From Candidatus Kryptoniota bacterium (GTDB lineage: Bacteria; Bacteroidota; Ignavibacteria; Kryptoniales; JAKASW01), in the NCBI GenBank assembly GCA_046705025.1, contig JBJKQU010000030.1, positions 181 through 64,180 on the forward strand: a DNA stretch of 64,000 bases, written 5' to 3'. The notes beneath the pieces are model-generated. The model was not told where the DNA came from. It ran no database searches and saw nothing but the letters and a program-made list of their open reading frames with translations. This document shows, piece by piece, positions 1-8,987 of the stretch. Within the stretch, counting starts at the first letter, position 1; every line of letters begins with the position of its first letter. The position numbers and the translations under genes were made by a program.

Positions 1-96
1 CGCATTCTTAATGGCGGTTTGAAAAGCACTGGAAACGAATGGCTGCCCACCGTAAGGGAGTCCGGCATTTAGCGAAGTCCCGTTCCCGATGGCGAC

Positions 97-438
97 TCAA
101 TCCGTCCCATTTATTCCGCTTATCGTCGCGAGCTGAGTTAGCTTAAGCGTATAGCTTCCTGTATTCCCGTTTCCATACGACACAATCACCGAATCAATCG
201 ATATTACATTCGATGGAATCGAACTAAGACTAATATTCCAGTAAGTCCTGTACACATTAGTATCACTCCCGACGACATTACAGCCTATGGCATCAGTCTG
301 ATTTCCCTCGTAAGAAGATCCGTTTATTCTCGCGATTTGAGTGGCGGACCCGATGAGGATGGTACTCCCTTTTTTCGTTACTGCTAGGGAGGCCGAGGCC
401 GTGCTGAGGATGAAAATAAAAAGGATAAACCTCTTCAT
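97..438 (-). CDS. small secreted hypothetical protein
   Basis: 113-aa ORF with a signal-peptide-like N-terminus (MKRFILFIFILSTASASLA) and an N/S/T/G-rich mature part. No family recognised. It stops at TGA 97-99, but the same frame stays open to the window edge. Confidence 0.4.
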   Translation of the reverse strand: MKRFILFIFILSTASASLAVTKKGSTILIGSATQIARINGSSYEGNQTDAIGCNVVGSDTNVYRTYWNISLSSIPSNVISIDSVIVSYGNGNTGSYTLKLTQLATISGINGTD

Positions 439-543
439 GATAGTTCTCCTTTTGTCAAGATTTGTTAACTTTAAGAAGAGAATAGCCGCAGCAGTAGAAC
501 TGCGTAATAGGGCGCTAACCTATGGCGGTCGTTCCCGGAATAT

Positions 544-579
544 GGAGGGCAGCGTGTCAGCGTTGCCCTCCTTTGTTTT
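544..579 (+). terminator. intrinsic-terminator-like hairpin plus T-tract with plus-strand polarity
   Basis: 8-bp stem ggagggca (544-551) / tgccctcc (564-571), 12-nt loop, then tttgtttt (572-579). Both neighbouring genes are on the minus strand and no plus-strand CDS lies upstream. Confidence 0.45.
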
Positions 580-606
580 AGACTGTTCTTTAGCTCTTTT
601 TCTCCT

Positions 607-1701
607 TCATTGTTTTAAAGTACCGTGCAGGATATAGTTTGTCCACCCATCGTACAGAGAGAAGAACACGTCTTTGCCAAATACAGCTGAGTTAAGAGTA
701 AAGTAGGTCTTGCCGGGTGCCCATTTGTATATGTACTGAATATCGGTTCCGTTGAAAAGTGCCACTCCATCCCACATGTTCAAAAATATGTCATTGCCGT
801 TTCGACCTGAGACGTGCTGAATCCAATTCGGGTTATCAACGGAGAACTGTTTGATAAATGCCCCGTTTGTATACGTGTATACGTCGTTGCCAAATGGGAA
901 ATACACTTCTCCGCCGATGCGGTTCATGGTACTATTTAAGGTATAACCGATATAGGAATACATCTTGTCCAGTTTATTGCCGTCTACTTTGTATATGACT
1001 GTTTCAGCGCTATCGTCCCTAATGTCATTCCCACGGTATTCCTGAACAAAGATATTGCCGCCCTGCCCTTTTATGTCCACGAACTGGTACTGGTAACCGG
1101 AATCTCCCCTGCAGACCTCCCTCCACGATGTTCCGTCATACTGAAGGAGAAATCCTCTGGCCGAGGTACCCTGGGGGACTAGTTCAAGGGAGTAAGGCGT
1201 TAACCCACAAGCATATATATCATCAGCCTGAGTTCCCCAAATGTCGGTTACCAGAGCACCACTGAAACTATCCGGTTGCGGATTATAAACAAAATATTGT
1301 CCCCACCCATTACCGTTCCAATGACACAATCCAGCACCTGGATCCCCAAAAGACTGCCCGCCTATCCAAACGTCGTTTGAGTCGAAGCCAAAGATGGCGC
1401 TGGCACTACAATACGCAAGTCCCTTGCTCCCCCCGTAAGTGGCGTACCACGGTATCCATTTTGTGCCGTCATAGTGCCACAGGAAATCCGCTTCGGTTCC
1501 TCCAGCCCCACCGGCCCATACATTAGTCGCTGATGCCCCCCAAAGCCCGGTTATCGTATTGAAAAGTGTATGAAGTGTGTCCAGTGTCCATACGTAATCC
1601 GTTGCCCCCGGTTGTATTACAGGGCTGACCGGGTTGTGCTGACAGGAGCTTAGTACCACTGCGATGCATGCTGCCACTTTAAGAAGCACATATTTGTTCA
1701 T
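607..1701 (-). CDS. lipoprotein with beta-propeller-like repeats (family unknown)
   Basis: Track ORF is 607..1734. The likely start is M12 (ATG at 1701), giving the lipoprotein signal MNKYVLLKVAACIAVVLSSC. Recurrent blade-like motifs are present (NVWAGG, DVWIGG, DIYACG, GNIFVQ, NDVYTY, NDIFLN, KDVFFS). Confidence 0.6.
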   Translation of the reverse strand: MNKYVLLKVAACIAVVLSSCQHNPVSPVIQPGATDYVWTLDTLHTLFNTITGLWGASATNVWAGGAGGTEADFLWHYDGTKWIPWYATYGGSKGLAYCSASAIFGFDSNDVWIGGQSFGDPGAGLCHWNGNGWGQYFVYNPQPDSFSGALVTDIWGTQADDIYACGLTPYSLELVPQGTSARGFLLQYDGTSWREVCRGDSGYQYQFVDIKGQGGNIFVQEYRGNDIRDDSAETVIYKVDGNKLDKMYSYIGYTLNSTMNRIGGEVYFPFGNDVYTYTNGAFIKQFSVDNPNWIQHVSGRNGNDIFLNMWDGVALFNGTDIQYIYKWAPGKTYFTLNSAVFGKDVFFSLYDGWTNYILHGTLKQ

Positions 1702-2099
1702 CAGCAAATTCCCTATGCTACCCTCATTTGACATTTACTTTAACCCCTCGAAAGTCAGAGCTTGAGAAGCACTTGATCAAAGCTTTAGTCGGCATAAGTT
1801 AACATATTCCAGTTTTGTTCCGCAATCGCCCAAAAGGGTGCTATATAATGCTTTGAGAGCGAATTCTGAAGCAGTCCCATCGCGTTATCCTCCTGACTGT
1901 GCTTGCGCATAACCTGACCGTTCATCCGATAATCCGTAACGTGCAAGAGAGAACGGTCGTTTGTCTGGTCAATTGTCCACAAGTGCCGCGCCGGACGTTG
2001 CCACCTGGATATCGTTGAAATTCTGCCGTTTTCAATAGTCTGAATACTCCGAGCACAGCATAGCGTGCGGTCTTGCTACATTCGCTGTTCGGTTTTGAT

Positions 2100-2620
2100 A
2101 CAGACGGACGGGCCGCTCCTGGCGGAGCTAAGGATTCTCGGTTAGGGGACATTTCTACAAACAGCACGCTCCTAAAGGAGCTGGTTCAATCTGGATGGAA
2201 GAGCACCTTGACGCGGACGCGACAACTCCTGCGCAGCTTTGGGAAGTGCTTCTGAGGGACCGGGGGCGCGGGAGCTGGGCTCCCTTTGAACATTATGGGA
2301 AGGTGGTCATCTATCATGACCCGTTTCTGAGACCCGCCTTAGTCCCGTCAGGGACGGGCCGTTTATAGAGATCGCACATAAAACCCCACGAAGCTCCGTA
2401 GGAGCGACCTGTAAAATGTGATATCCAGTCTGCTACGGGCCGCTACCCCACCTTGCAAGGGACCCGGTTCGTCCCAAAGCGATGAGCCCCACGAAGCGGA
2501 CGCTGTAGCTCCTGCGCAACTCGCCGAGCGCCTACCACCTTCTACCTACTTCTTACTGCCCCCTGCTTTTTAGTTCCCGCAGGGATACTACGGGAGACTT
2601 CTGCTTTCGGATACTCGTCT
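2100..2620. repeat. cluster of short GC-rich hairpin repeats (REP-like), both orientations
   Basis: Non-coding stretch. Small hairpins: gctcc-tggc-ggagc (2115-2128), gctcc-taaa-ggagc (2168-2181), gggagc-tgg-gctccc (2270-2284), cccgtc-agg-gacggg (2344-2358), gctcc-gta-ggagc (2393-2405). Repeated flanks: ccccacgaagc (2384-2394 and 2487-2497) and ctcctgcgca (2226-2235 and 2509-2518). Confidence 0.55.
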
Positions 2621-2622
2621 GA

Positions 2623-4539
2623 CTAGTCGACGACGTAGTTCAATTCTACGCTGAAGGTGGTGAGGCCGGGAACTATCCTTGACGACGATTTCACCGCGAT
2701 CTCCCTGTCTTCGTGGAAAATGTCTCTGGATACTTTACCTCCCATTGATAAACAACCGTTTATTCTGAGACTCGTCGACAATGAAACTCTGGCCCCTTCC
2801 CCATACAAAATGGAAAACAGTGCAATCCCGGGCAGGTCCCCTTCCACTACGTAGAATGCGGAATTATACGAATTGGTGCTGTAAAAGCAGGCTCTGGGGC
2901 TCAACGAAAGGCGGTTCGCCCTCAGAGAACAGTCGAAGACGAACATTTCCCCTTTTTCGCCCGTTGAGAGGAAGTTCTTTTCGAATCGCGTCCGAAGTGA
3001 AAAGGCGCCGGAAAACCTATGCCTCAATTCCACTCTGAAGCTCTGTTTGGAGCCTGCAAGCGTCGATTGAGCTACCGGAAAATCGCTCTCGGGCAGGTAG
3101 TAATCTTCTTTCGTTTTATACCTGTAACGCAGATAGACGAGCGTACCGGAACCGTCGAATAATTTGTACCGCGAAAGTGACAGGTAGCAATCGGCAAATA
3201 TTTCCTCCCCGTTCCTATCGGGATCGCCGGTAATGGAGACGATCCTGAACCTGTCATAATAGCAGCCCACTTTTGCGATATCAGCTGCTCTGAGAGATGC
3301 ACCGAAATAAATTCCCTGTTCCGGCGATGTCGGAAAACTCTCCGACAAGACTCCGCCGTAGTTCGATACTATTCCCGATCTGAGACTGCGCAAGCCGACG
3401 GCAAATCGGGCCTGATCGTAGTCGATTCCTAGGTTCGATGTAAAGGAGAAGAATTTGTCGATCATGACTTCACCGGAGAATGCCAGCCTCTCGGAGTGTG
3501 CACGCAGGAACGTATTGACTGCAAGCTGCTTATGCTTGTAGTAGTTGGAGAAGCGACGGTCATACGACAAATAGGCACCGGAGACCCCCCAGGATCCCCA
3601 GGTCCCATCGTAATGGAGCAGTCCACCTGCAATTGTCTCATAGAGCTTTTTGCCCGACGTCGTGCTGCTCGGCGGTAAATTGAGGCCACTATAATCTATA
3701 GACGTCACTCTTTGAAGGCTGTCGAGATGAACGCTGAATTCCTTTGCCGAGGCAAACCCGGTCAGCATCCAGTGCCCAAGTGGAATCTCGAATGCAGCTC
3801 CTCTTAGATACCTGGTCTCAGCCCTTGACTTGTACGGCTTGAGTGAGTACGGGCTCCGGTTGAAGAGCGGGGTGACCGCCTCGGCCGCCTTCGACACGAC
3901 GCCTCCGCTCGAAAAGAGCAACCCGTTTCCCATACTCAGCCTGTAGTTACCCACATTGATCGCGGAAAATATCGAGACGCCTTTTACGGCGGCAGCAAGG
4001 GAGTAGAAATCAAGGAAGTTCCTTTCTCCGGGGTCTTTGTCCGTTACGAGACAGATTTCATAGTTGCGAAAAGTCAGATCTAGTCGTTGAAAGTTCCTGG
4101 TGCCGTTTTCGCCACAGGCCTCCTGATACAGCGGCAAGGCCTGAGGCGAGATGCTGGAGTAGGACCTTGCCTCGACCCTGAAATTATCTCCTTCCACGAT
4201 CCGGACCCGCCGTCTTAGCGCCGCCAGCGCATCGGACGTCGCTCCATCGAGTCGGGATAATTCATCAATCCTGTGAATGAACCGAACCCTTCTGCGGTAT
4301 TCTACAATCGAGGAAGCAAACTTCTCGTCCACCCAGGCAACGGTAAGCAGGTCATCACTTGACGCCTTGTTCAAATCCATCGTCTCGAATATCTCCGGCA
4401 CATCGTCCGCGGAAGTGAGCACCGCCTCAAGGAAATTCTCCTCTCTGATCTCCTCTTCGGACGATTGTGAAAACACAAGGCCGGGCTCGAAAAGCCAAAC
4501 GAGGCTCCACGCAGCGATGATTGCTGTGATAAGCTTCAT
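2623..4539 (-). CDS. outer-membrane beta-barrel protein with N-terminal ComEA-like helix-hairpin-helix domain
   Basis: Track ORF is 2623..4590. The likely start is ATG 4539, giving the signal peptide MKLITAIIAAWSLVWLF..VFSQ. The segment MDLNKASSDDLLTVAWVDEKFASSIVEYRRRVRFIHRIDELSRLDGATSDALAALRRRV resembles the ComEA HhH pattern, although the GIG hairpins are degenerate. About 520 aa of alternating hydrophobic/aromatic strands typical of an OM barrel follow. Confidence 0.6.
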   Translation of the reverse strand: MKLITAIIAAWSLVWLFEPGLVFSQSSEEEIREENFLEAVLTSADDVPEIFETMDLNKASSDDLLTVAWVDEKFASSIVEYRRRVRFIHRIDELSRLDGATSDALAALRRRVRIVEGDNFRVEARSYSSISPQALPLYQEACGENGTRNFQRLDLTFRNYEICLVTDKDPGERNFLDFYSLAAAVKGVSIFSAINVGNYRLSMGNGLLFSSGGVVSKAAEAVTPLFNRSPYSLKPYKSRAETRYLRGAAFEIPLGHWMLTGFASAKEFSVHLDSLQRVTSIDYSGLNLPPSSTTSGKKLYETIAGGLLHYDGTWGSWGVSGAYLSYDRRFSNYYKHKQLAVNTFLRAHSERLAFSGEVMIDKFFSFTSNLGIDYDQARFAVGLRSLRSGIVSNYGGVLSESFPTSPEQGIYFGASLRAADIAKVGCYYDRFRIVSITGDPDRNGEEIFADCYLSLSRYKLFDGSGTLVYLRYRYKTKEDYYLPESDFPVAQSTLAGSKQSFRVELRHRFSGAFSLRTRFEKNFLSTGEKGEMFVFDCSLRANRLSLSPRACFYSTNSYNSAFYVVEGDLPGIALFSILYGEGARVSLSTSLRINGCLSMGGKVSRDIFHEDREIAVKSSSRIVPGLTTFSVELNYVVD

Positions 4540-4617
4540 ACAAGAAGTCTTCAGCCGTCCTCCGACGATGCGGTTTGTCGGCCGCATCATATTTCAGAAC
4601 GAACGGTCATTTCCGCT

Positions 4618-5454
4618 CTATCCCCCGCTCCAGATTATGAAGGACACGCCGAAGGAGTGGGTGATTCCGAGGACTTGATGAAAGGCCGCACCATACTCGA
4701 TCATGAAAGACATAAACCGGAATGCGGCCCCGGCGTTGAATGAATTCGTCCCGCTTGCCGTGCCTGCTCTGACCGTCATGAATTGGACGGGAGAGTATTC
4801 AGCTGCGACCCGGATCGCCGACGGAAAACCTATCTCTTTGAAGTACTCGACACCAAGATTGAATCCGTCGGACATGTAGCCGATTCCGGCGGTGAAGGTT
4901 TGAGGGAGCCTGTCGCGGGATAGGGTCATCGACGCCGAATTCAGGTTACTTACGCTGAATGCCACCCTGTAGTTGTCGGAGAGAAGCATCTTTATACCGG
5001 CATCTATACTGATATCCGCGTCGGTTCCATAATCCTTGATGAAAAGATGGTTGACGTTCACGTTCGAGCCGAGGAACAGGAAATCGTAGATGGACCTGGA
5101 GAGGTTAAGAGTAAATACGTTCTCACGGTACAAATCGAAGCCGAAACTATGGGCGGCGATCCCGAAATCGAACCCCAGCGTGTGGTCTCGAAATGACACT
5201 CCCTCCGCCCTGACTTCCTGCAAACCCAGAACGGAAGGAGCGTAAAACGAGCTAATTTTCCCTGTCTCGGTGAAGTGTGCAGGGTTGTAGTAAAAGGACC
5301 ACGCATCTTCCCCGAAAGCACATAAAGCACCGGCTGTGCCGAGAGCGCGTGACCCGATAAACCTGCGCTCAAAGCCGCCGTAGGCTTCCTCCGCTTCCAG
5401 GAGGAACAGCAGCATGACTGCGCTCAGACGGACCGTACGACCCGCAATTATCAC
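4618..5454 (-). CDS. PorV/PorQ-like (FadL-like) small outer-membrane beta-barrel
   Basis: Signal peptide, then GSRALGTAGALCAFGEDAWSFYYNPAHF. This aligns without gaps to GARANAMAESFAAVANDAYALFYNPAGI of the 57375..58355 product. The rest has a beta-strand pattern. Confidence 0.5.
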   Translation of the reverse strand: MIIAGRTVRLSAVMLLFLLEAEEAYGGFERRFIGSRALGTAGALCAFGEDAWSFYYNPAHFTETGKISSFYAPSVLGLQEVRAEGVSFRDHTLGFDFGIAAHSFGFDLYRENVFTLNLSRSIYDFLFLGSNVNVNHLFIKDYGTDADISIDAGIKMLLSDNYRVAFSVSNLNSASMTLSRDRLPQTFTAGIGYMSDGFNLGVEYFKEIGFPSAIRVAAEYSPVQFMTVRAGTASGTNSFNAGAAFRFMSFMIEYGAAFHQVLGITHSFGVSFIIWSGG

Positions 5455-5647
5455 CTAAACACCCTTTCAAAATATTATGATCGAGTCGTTCAGGAGGCAG
5501 CGCTGACTCAGGAAAGTATTCCTGCAAGAGGTGCGTGCTGGAAGAGCAACTTGAACGCTGTCAGGGGTTAGGCTCCCGACACAAAAGGCATTGATGTACT
5601 CCTCAAGTGCCTCTCTATGCCTACCGCTTTGCCCCCGGCAAGGGTTG

Positions 5648-6532
5648 TCAGTTCATGTACTTTTCGTAGGTATTTTGGTGTGCCTGATCAACCACCGACA
5701 GCTTTTGTAGAATCGCCTTGGCCCCCGAATAGCCCTGGAGAGACTGAGCGATTTCCATGTACTTCGCATCGAAGAACACCTTGATCAAAGTACTTCTCGT
5801 TCCGGACTGTATTACAAGGTTTGCAATTTGGTCCAACGAACTCGCTATAGTGGCCTGGGCCGTGTCTTTCTCAGTTGAGAGTAAATCCATTCCGTTGTAT
5901 TCGTATTCGTAAAATGCCTTTCTGAAGGGGTCATACTTCCCTGAAAGGATATCGTTCACCAGCGAGTATCTGGAATAGTTCCCCGAACCTCCGGGCTGCC
6001 ATCCCTGTGCAAAATTCCCGTTCTGAGCAAGGGTCACAATGTTCGAGGCGTCCTGGAAATACTTCGTTCCGCCGAGCGGGTCGTAAGAATCATAGTCAAA
6101 GCCGAGGACGATGTACATGTAATAGTCTATGAATCCGGTGAGGGAATTGAAATGATAGTCGTCGTGATACAACGCCTGATCCTTCGTGTAACTAAACTGC
6201 CAGGAGTTGTCAAGAATCCGTACCATCGGCGAGGTGTTGGTGGACTTGTAAATCGGGCGCTGACTGCCGATGAAGGCCTGAGCGTTATATACCCCGCCCG
6301 ATGCCGACAGGAGATAAATGTCCAGAGTAACCTGGATTTTCGGACCCTTGAAGTCGGTCCCCGTCCATCTGTAGCTGTTGACATAGTTCTGAATGGCCGG
6401 CCCGAGGTTCTTCACGTTCTCCCGGTCCGTGCCGTTGAGCTTGTCGTAGTTCAGAGTAACGGTGCAATTGATTTCCTGCGCCATTGCAGAAGAGAATGCG
6501 ACAAACAAGAATACCGATATGAGCCATTTCAT
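5648..6532 (-). CDS. DUF4835-like secreted protein
   Basis: Track ORF is 5648..6580. The ATG at 6532 is preceded by GGAGG and gives the signal peptide MKWLISVFLFVAFSSAMAQ. The mature start EINCTVTLNYDKL.. and overall composition match my recollection of the DUF4835 family of Bacteroidota. Confidence 0.55.
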   Translation of the reverse strand: MKWLISVFLFVAFSSAMAQEINCTVTLNYDKLNGTDRENVKNLGPAIQNYVNSYRWTGTDFKGPKIQVTLDIYLLSASGGVYNAQAFIGSQRPIYKSTNTSPMVRILDNSWQFSYTKDQALYHDDYHFNSLTGFIDYYMYIVLGFDYDSYDPLGGTKYFQDASNIVTLAQNGNFAQGWQPGGSGNYSRYSLVNDILSGKYDPFRKAFYEYEYNGMDLLSTEKDTAQATIASSLDQIANLVIQSGTRSTLIKVFFDAKYMEIAQSLQGYSGAKAILQKLSVVDQAHQNTYEKYMN

Positions 6533-6850
6533 GCTTTTTTCCTCCGGGTCAAATTTAGCTGTCGGTTTAATACAAGGCAACTACTATAAATGACGGTCAC
6601 GCGACGTCGGCAGGGAGGACAGCATGTATCCCGCTTCGGAATCCTGAGCGGCCCGTTAGTTGACGATTCTTGCGATTGATGCCTTAATGAGAGCAAATGC
6701 GTCCACCCAGAAACAGGTTCGGTGTCCGGCAAGAACATGGCACCTCCCGGGCACGGCAGCGAACGAAAAGGTCCCCGAGATCGGCTCCTTGAGGGACCCC
6801 GAGCCGGGGGGCGTATCCGTATGAATTGTCGGACACGCCGCTCTATCGGG

Positions 6851-7618
6851 CTACTTTTTCGCCTCCGCTTTCTTCTCCAGGAACGGTGCGAGAATATCGA
6901 TAGGCACAGGGAAGAAGGTAGTCGAGTTGTTGCTCGTGCCGATTTCCGACATGGTTTGCAGGAACCGCAGCTGAATCGCCGCCGGGAATTCCCCTATTAC
7001 TTTTGCCGCCTCCGCGAGCTTTTGCGACGCCTGGAACTCACCTTCGGCGTTGATGACCTTTGCACGGCGGTTCCGTTCAGCCTCGGCCTGACGCGCCATC
7101 GCGCTCTGCATCTCCACAGGCAGGTCGATTTGTTTCACCTCGACATTCGATACTTTGATCCCCCAGGGTTCAGTATGGCTGTCGATTATGGTCTGCACTT
7201 CTTTGTTGATCTTCTCACGCTCGGCGAGGAGCTCGTCCAGTTCCGACTGCCCGACAATGCTGCGAAGGGTAGTCTGGGACATCTGGCTGGTGGCGAACAG
7301 ATAATCCTGAACCTCCACGACCGCCTTCCTCGAGTCGAGGACCCTGAAGTATATCACTGCACTGACTTTGATGGAAACGTTGTCGCGTGTGATTATGTCC
7401 TGGGGCGGGACGTCGAGCGCTACCGTCCTCAGGCTGATGCGCACCATCTTGTCGATAATGGGAATAAGAATGATTAAACCGGGTCCCTTTGTATTGATCA
7501 GCCTCCCCAGCCTGAATATTACCGCTCTCTCATATTCCCTGAGAATTCTGATGGCACTTGCCAGAAAAAAGATCAAGAATATTATGATTATAACGAAAAG
7601 ACTGAAAGATGTGTCCAT
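6851..7618 (-). CDS. SPFH/band-7 (stomatin-like) membrane protein
   Basis: N-terminal TM segment, then [16 protein letters not shown] and a coiled A/E/R-rich C-terminal region. This is the classic stomatin/slipin pattern, and it is paired with NfeD upstream. Confidence 0.9.
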   Translation of the reverse strand: MDTSFSLFVIIIIFLIFFLASAIRILREYERAVIFRLGRLINTKGPGLIILIPIIDKMVRISLRTVALDVPPQDIITRDNVSIKVSAVIYFRVLDSRKAVVEVQDYLFATSQMSQTTLRSIVGQSELDELLAEREKINKEVQTIIDSHTEPWGIKVSNVEVKQIDLPVEMQSAMARQAEAERNRRAKVINAEGEFQASQKLAEAAKVIGEFPAAIQLRFLQTMSEIGTSNNSTTFFPVPIDILAPFLEKKAEAKK

Positions 7619-7626
7619 GAGTTCAC

Positions 7627-8910
7627 CTATTGCTTAGTTTTAACTTTCAAAACCCAGTTCGAAACCGATTCCACCACAATCTTGTCCCCCGGCTTGAGGC
7701 TCTCATCCGACGTCGCTCTCCAGATCTCTCCGTGAACAGTGACCTGTCCGACCGAGCCTGCAGCGATCTCAGACATCGTCGAACCCGTCTCCCCGATCAT
7801 TCCTTCCAACCCGGTTTCTGTCTTCCGAGTCTGAGCCCGCAGCCCCATACCGATGATCCAGAGGAAGAATACCGTCGCAACGAGAACGGTGCTGATAATG
7901 ACACTCAGCGAAATAGTCACAAATTGGCTCGGCGAATGAATCAGCATCATAGATCCCAGGAACAGCGAAATTACCCCGCCGATTGCGAGAATGCCGTGAC
8001 TGACGATCTTGATTTCCGCAATGAACAGAATCACCCCGAATATTATCAAAGCGAGTCCGGCATAGTTTACCGGCAGGGTCTGAAATGCATAGAATGCGAG
8101 TATCAGTGAAATTGCCCCGACAACTCCCGGGAGTATGGCTCCGGGATTGAACAGCTCGAACATGATGCCGAAGATCCCGATCATCATGAGAATGTAGGTT
8201 ATGTTGGGATCACTGATAACACCGAGAAATTCCTCGCGCCAATTCATCGGAACAAACTCTACATCCGCATCGGCCGTCTTCAAGACTTCCTTTCCCTTGC
8301 TGGTTTCTACGGTCTTCCCGTTTACCTGAATCAACAGGGAGTCCAGGTTAGGCGAGATGAGATTGATCACGCCATCCTTGAGCGCTTCGACTTCGGAATT
8401 CGATATACTTCGGCGAACCGCATCTTCAGCCCACCTCACATTACGATGCCTTCTCTCGGCAATCGCACGAATGAATGCGGCGGCATCGTTAGTAATCTTG
8501 ACTGCTTCCACAGACGTAGTGTCGTGTCCGATTCCACCCCCGACCGGGTGTGCTGCACCTATATTCGTTCCCGGGGCCATCGCCGCTATATTTGCCGCAA
8601 GGGTGATGAAAACACCCGCAGAACCGGCCCGCGAACCGCTTGGATACACGTACACTATCACGGGAACCGACGAGCTCAGAATACGCTGGACGATCTGCCT
8701 CATGGATTCCAGCAAGCCGCCGGGTGTGTTCATCTCGATAACAATAGCGGCCGCATTTGCCTTCTCGGCGACATCGATGGAGCTGACTATGTAGTCTGCA
8801 GTCGCCGGATTGATGGTCCCATCAACACGAATCAGGATGACTTTTTCGGTCGCATACAGCCTCGCTCCCGTGAACAGCACCAATGCAAAAAGAATCAGCT
8901 TCGCTTTCAC
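7627..8910 (-). CDS. NfeD-family membrane-bound serine protease (ClpP class)
   Basis: Signal peptide, then a ClpP-like domain ([18 protein letters not shown]), several TM helices and a C-terminal OB-like NfeD domain ([22 protein letters not shown]). It ends 9 nt before the stomatin gene. Confidence 0.85.
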   Translation of the reverse strand: MKAKLILFALVLFTGARLYATEKVILIRVDGTINPATADYIVSSIDVAEKANAAAIVIEMNTPGGLLESMRQIVQRILSSSVPVIVYVYPSGSRAGSAGVFITLAANIAAMAPGTNIGAAHPVGGGIGHDTTSVEAVKITNDAAAFIRAIAERRHRNVRWAEDAVRRSISNSEVEALKDGVINLISPNLDSLLIQVNGKTVETSKGKEVLKTADADVEFVPMNWREEFLGVISDPNITYILMMIGIFGIMFELFNPGAILPGVVGAISLILAFYAFQTLPVNYAGLALIIFGVILFIAEIKIVSHGILAIGGVISLFLGSMMLIHSPSQFVTISLSVIISTVLVATVFFLWIIGMGLRAQTRKTETGLEGMIGETGSTMSEIAAGSVGQVTVHGEIWRATSDESLKPGDKIVVESVSNWVLKVKTKQ

Positions 8911-8987
8911 GCCAGTATCTTAACACAAACCTTTTCAATTATCAATCGCAACGTTTTCTGGCAAAGATTCACTAAATTGGACCAGCA

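Noticed and set aside
1785-2167. Small minus-strand ORFs (65 aa and 81 aa) and a 60-aa plus-strand ORF at 2073..2255
   Set aside because: They have no RBS, signal or motif. The 65-aa frame can be extended to about 97 codons but only with non-ATG starts. The 81-aa and 60-aa ORFs run through the hairpin repeats. A decayed gene fragment is possible, but I cannot support it.
2100-2620. Possible CRISPR array
   Set aside because: The repeats are only about 13-15 nt hairpins. They vary in sequence, occur in both orientations and have irregular spacing. There is no constant repeat/spacer periodicity and no cas genes.
1735-2622. Possible large structured RNA (tmRNA, RNase P RNA, SRP or 6S) in the 880-nt gene-free gap
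   Set aside because: I found none of the conserved landmarks: no tRNA-like 3' end with GGTTCGA..CCA, no tag-peptide reading frame, and no GAGGAAAGTCC or AGGGTGAAA RNase P boxes. A covariance-model scan would be needed to exclude this formally.
6722-7477. 251-aa plus-strand ORF
   Set aside because: It is entirely antisense to the motif-rich stomatin gene. It is Arg/Leu/Pro-rich with no motifs, which is typical of a shadow ORF on the complementary strand of a real gene.
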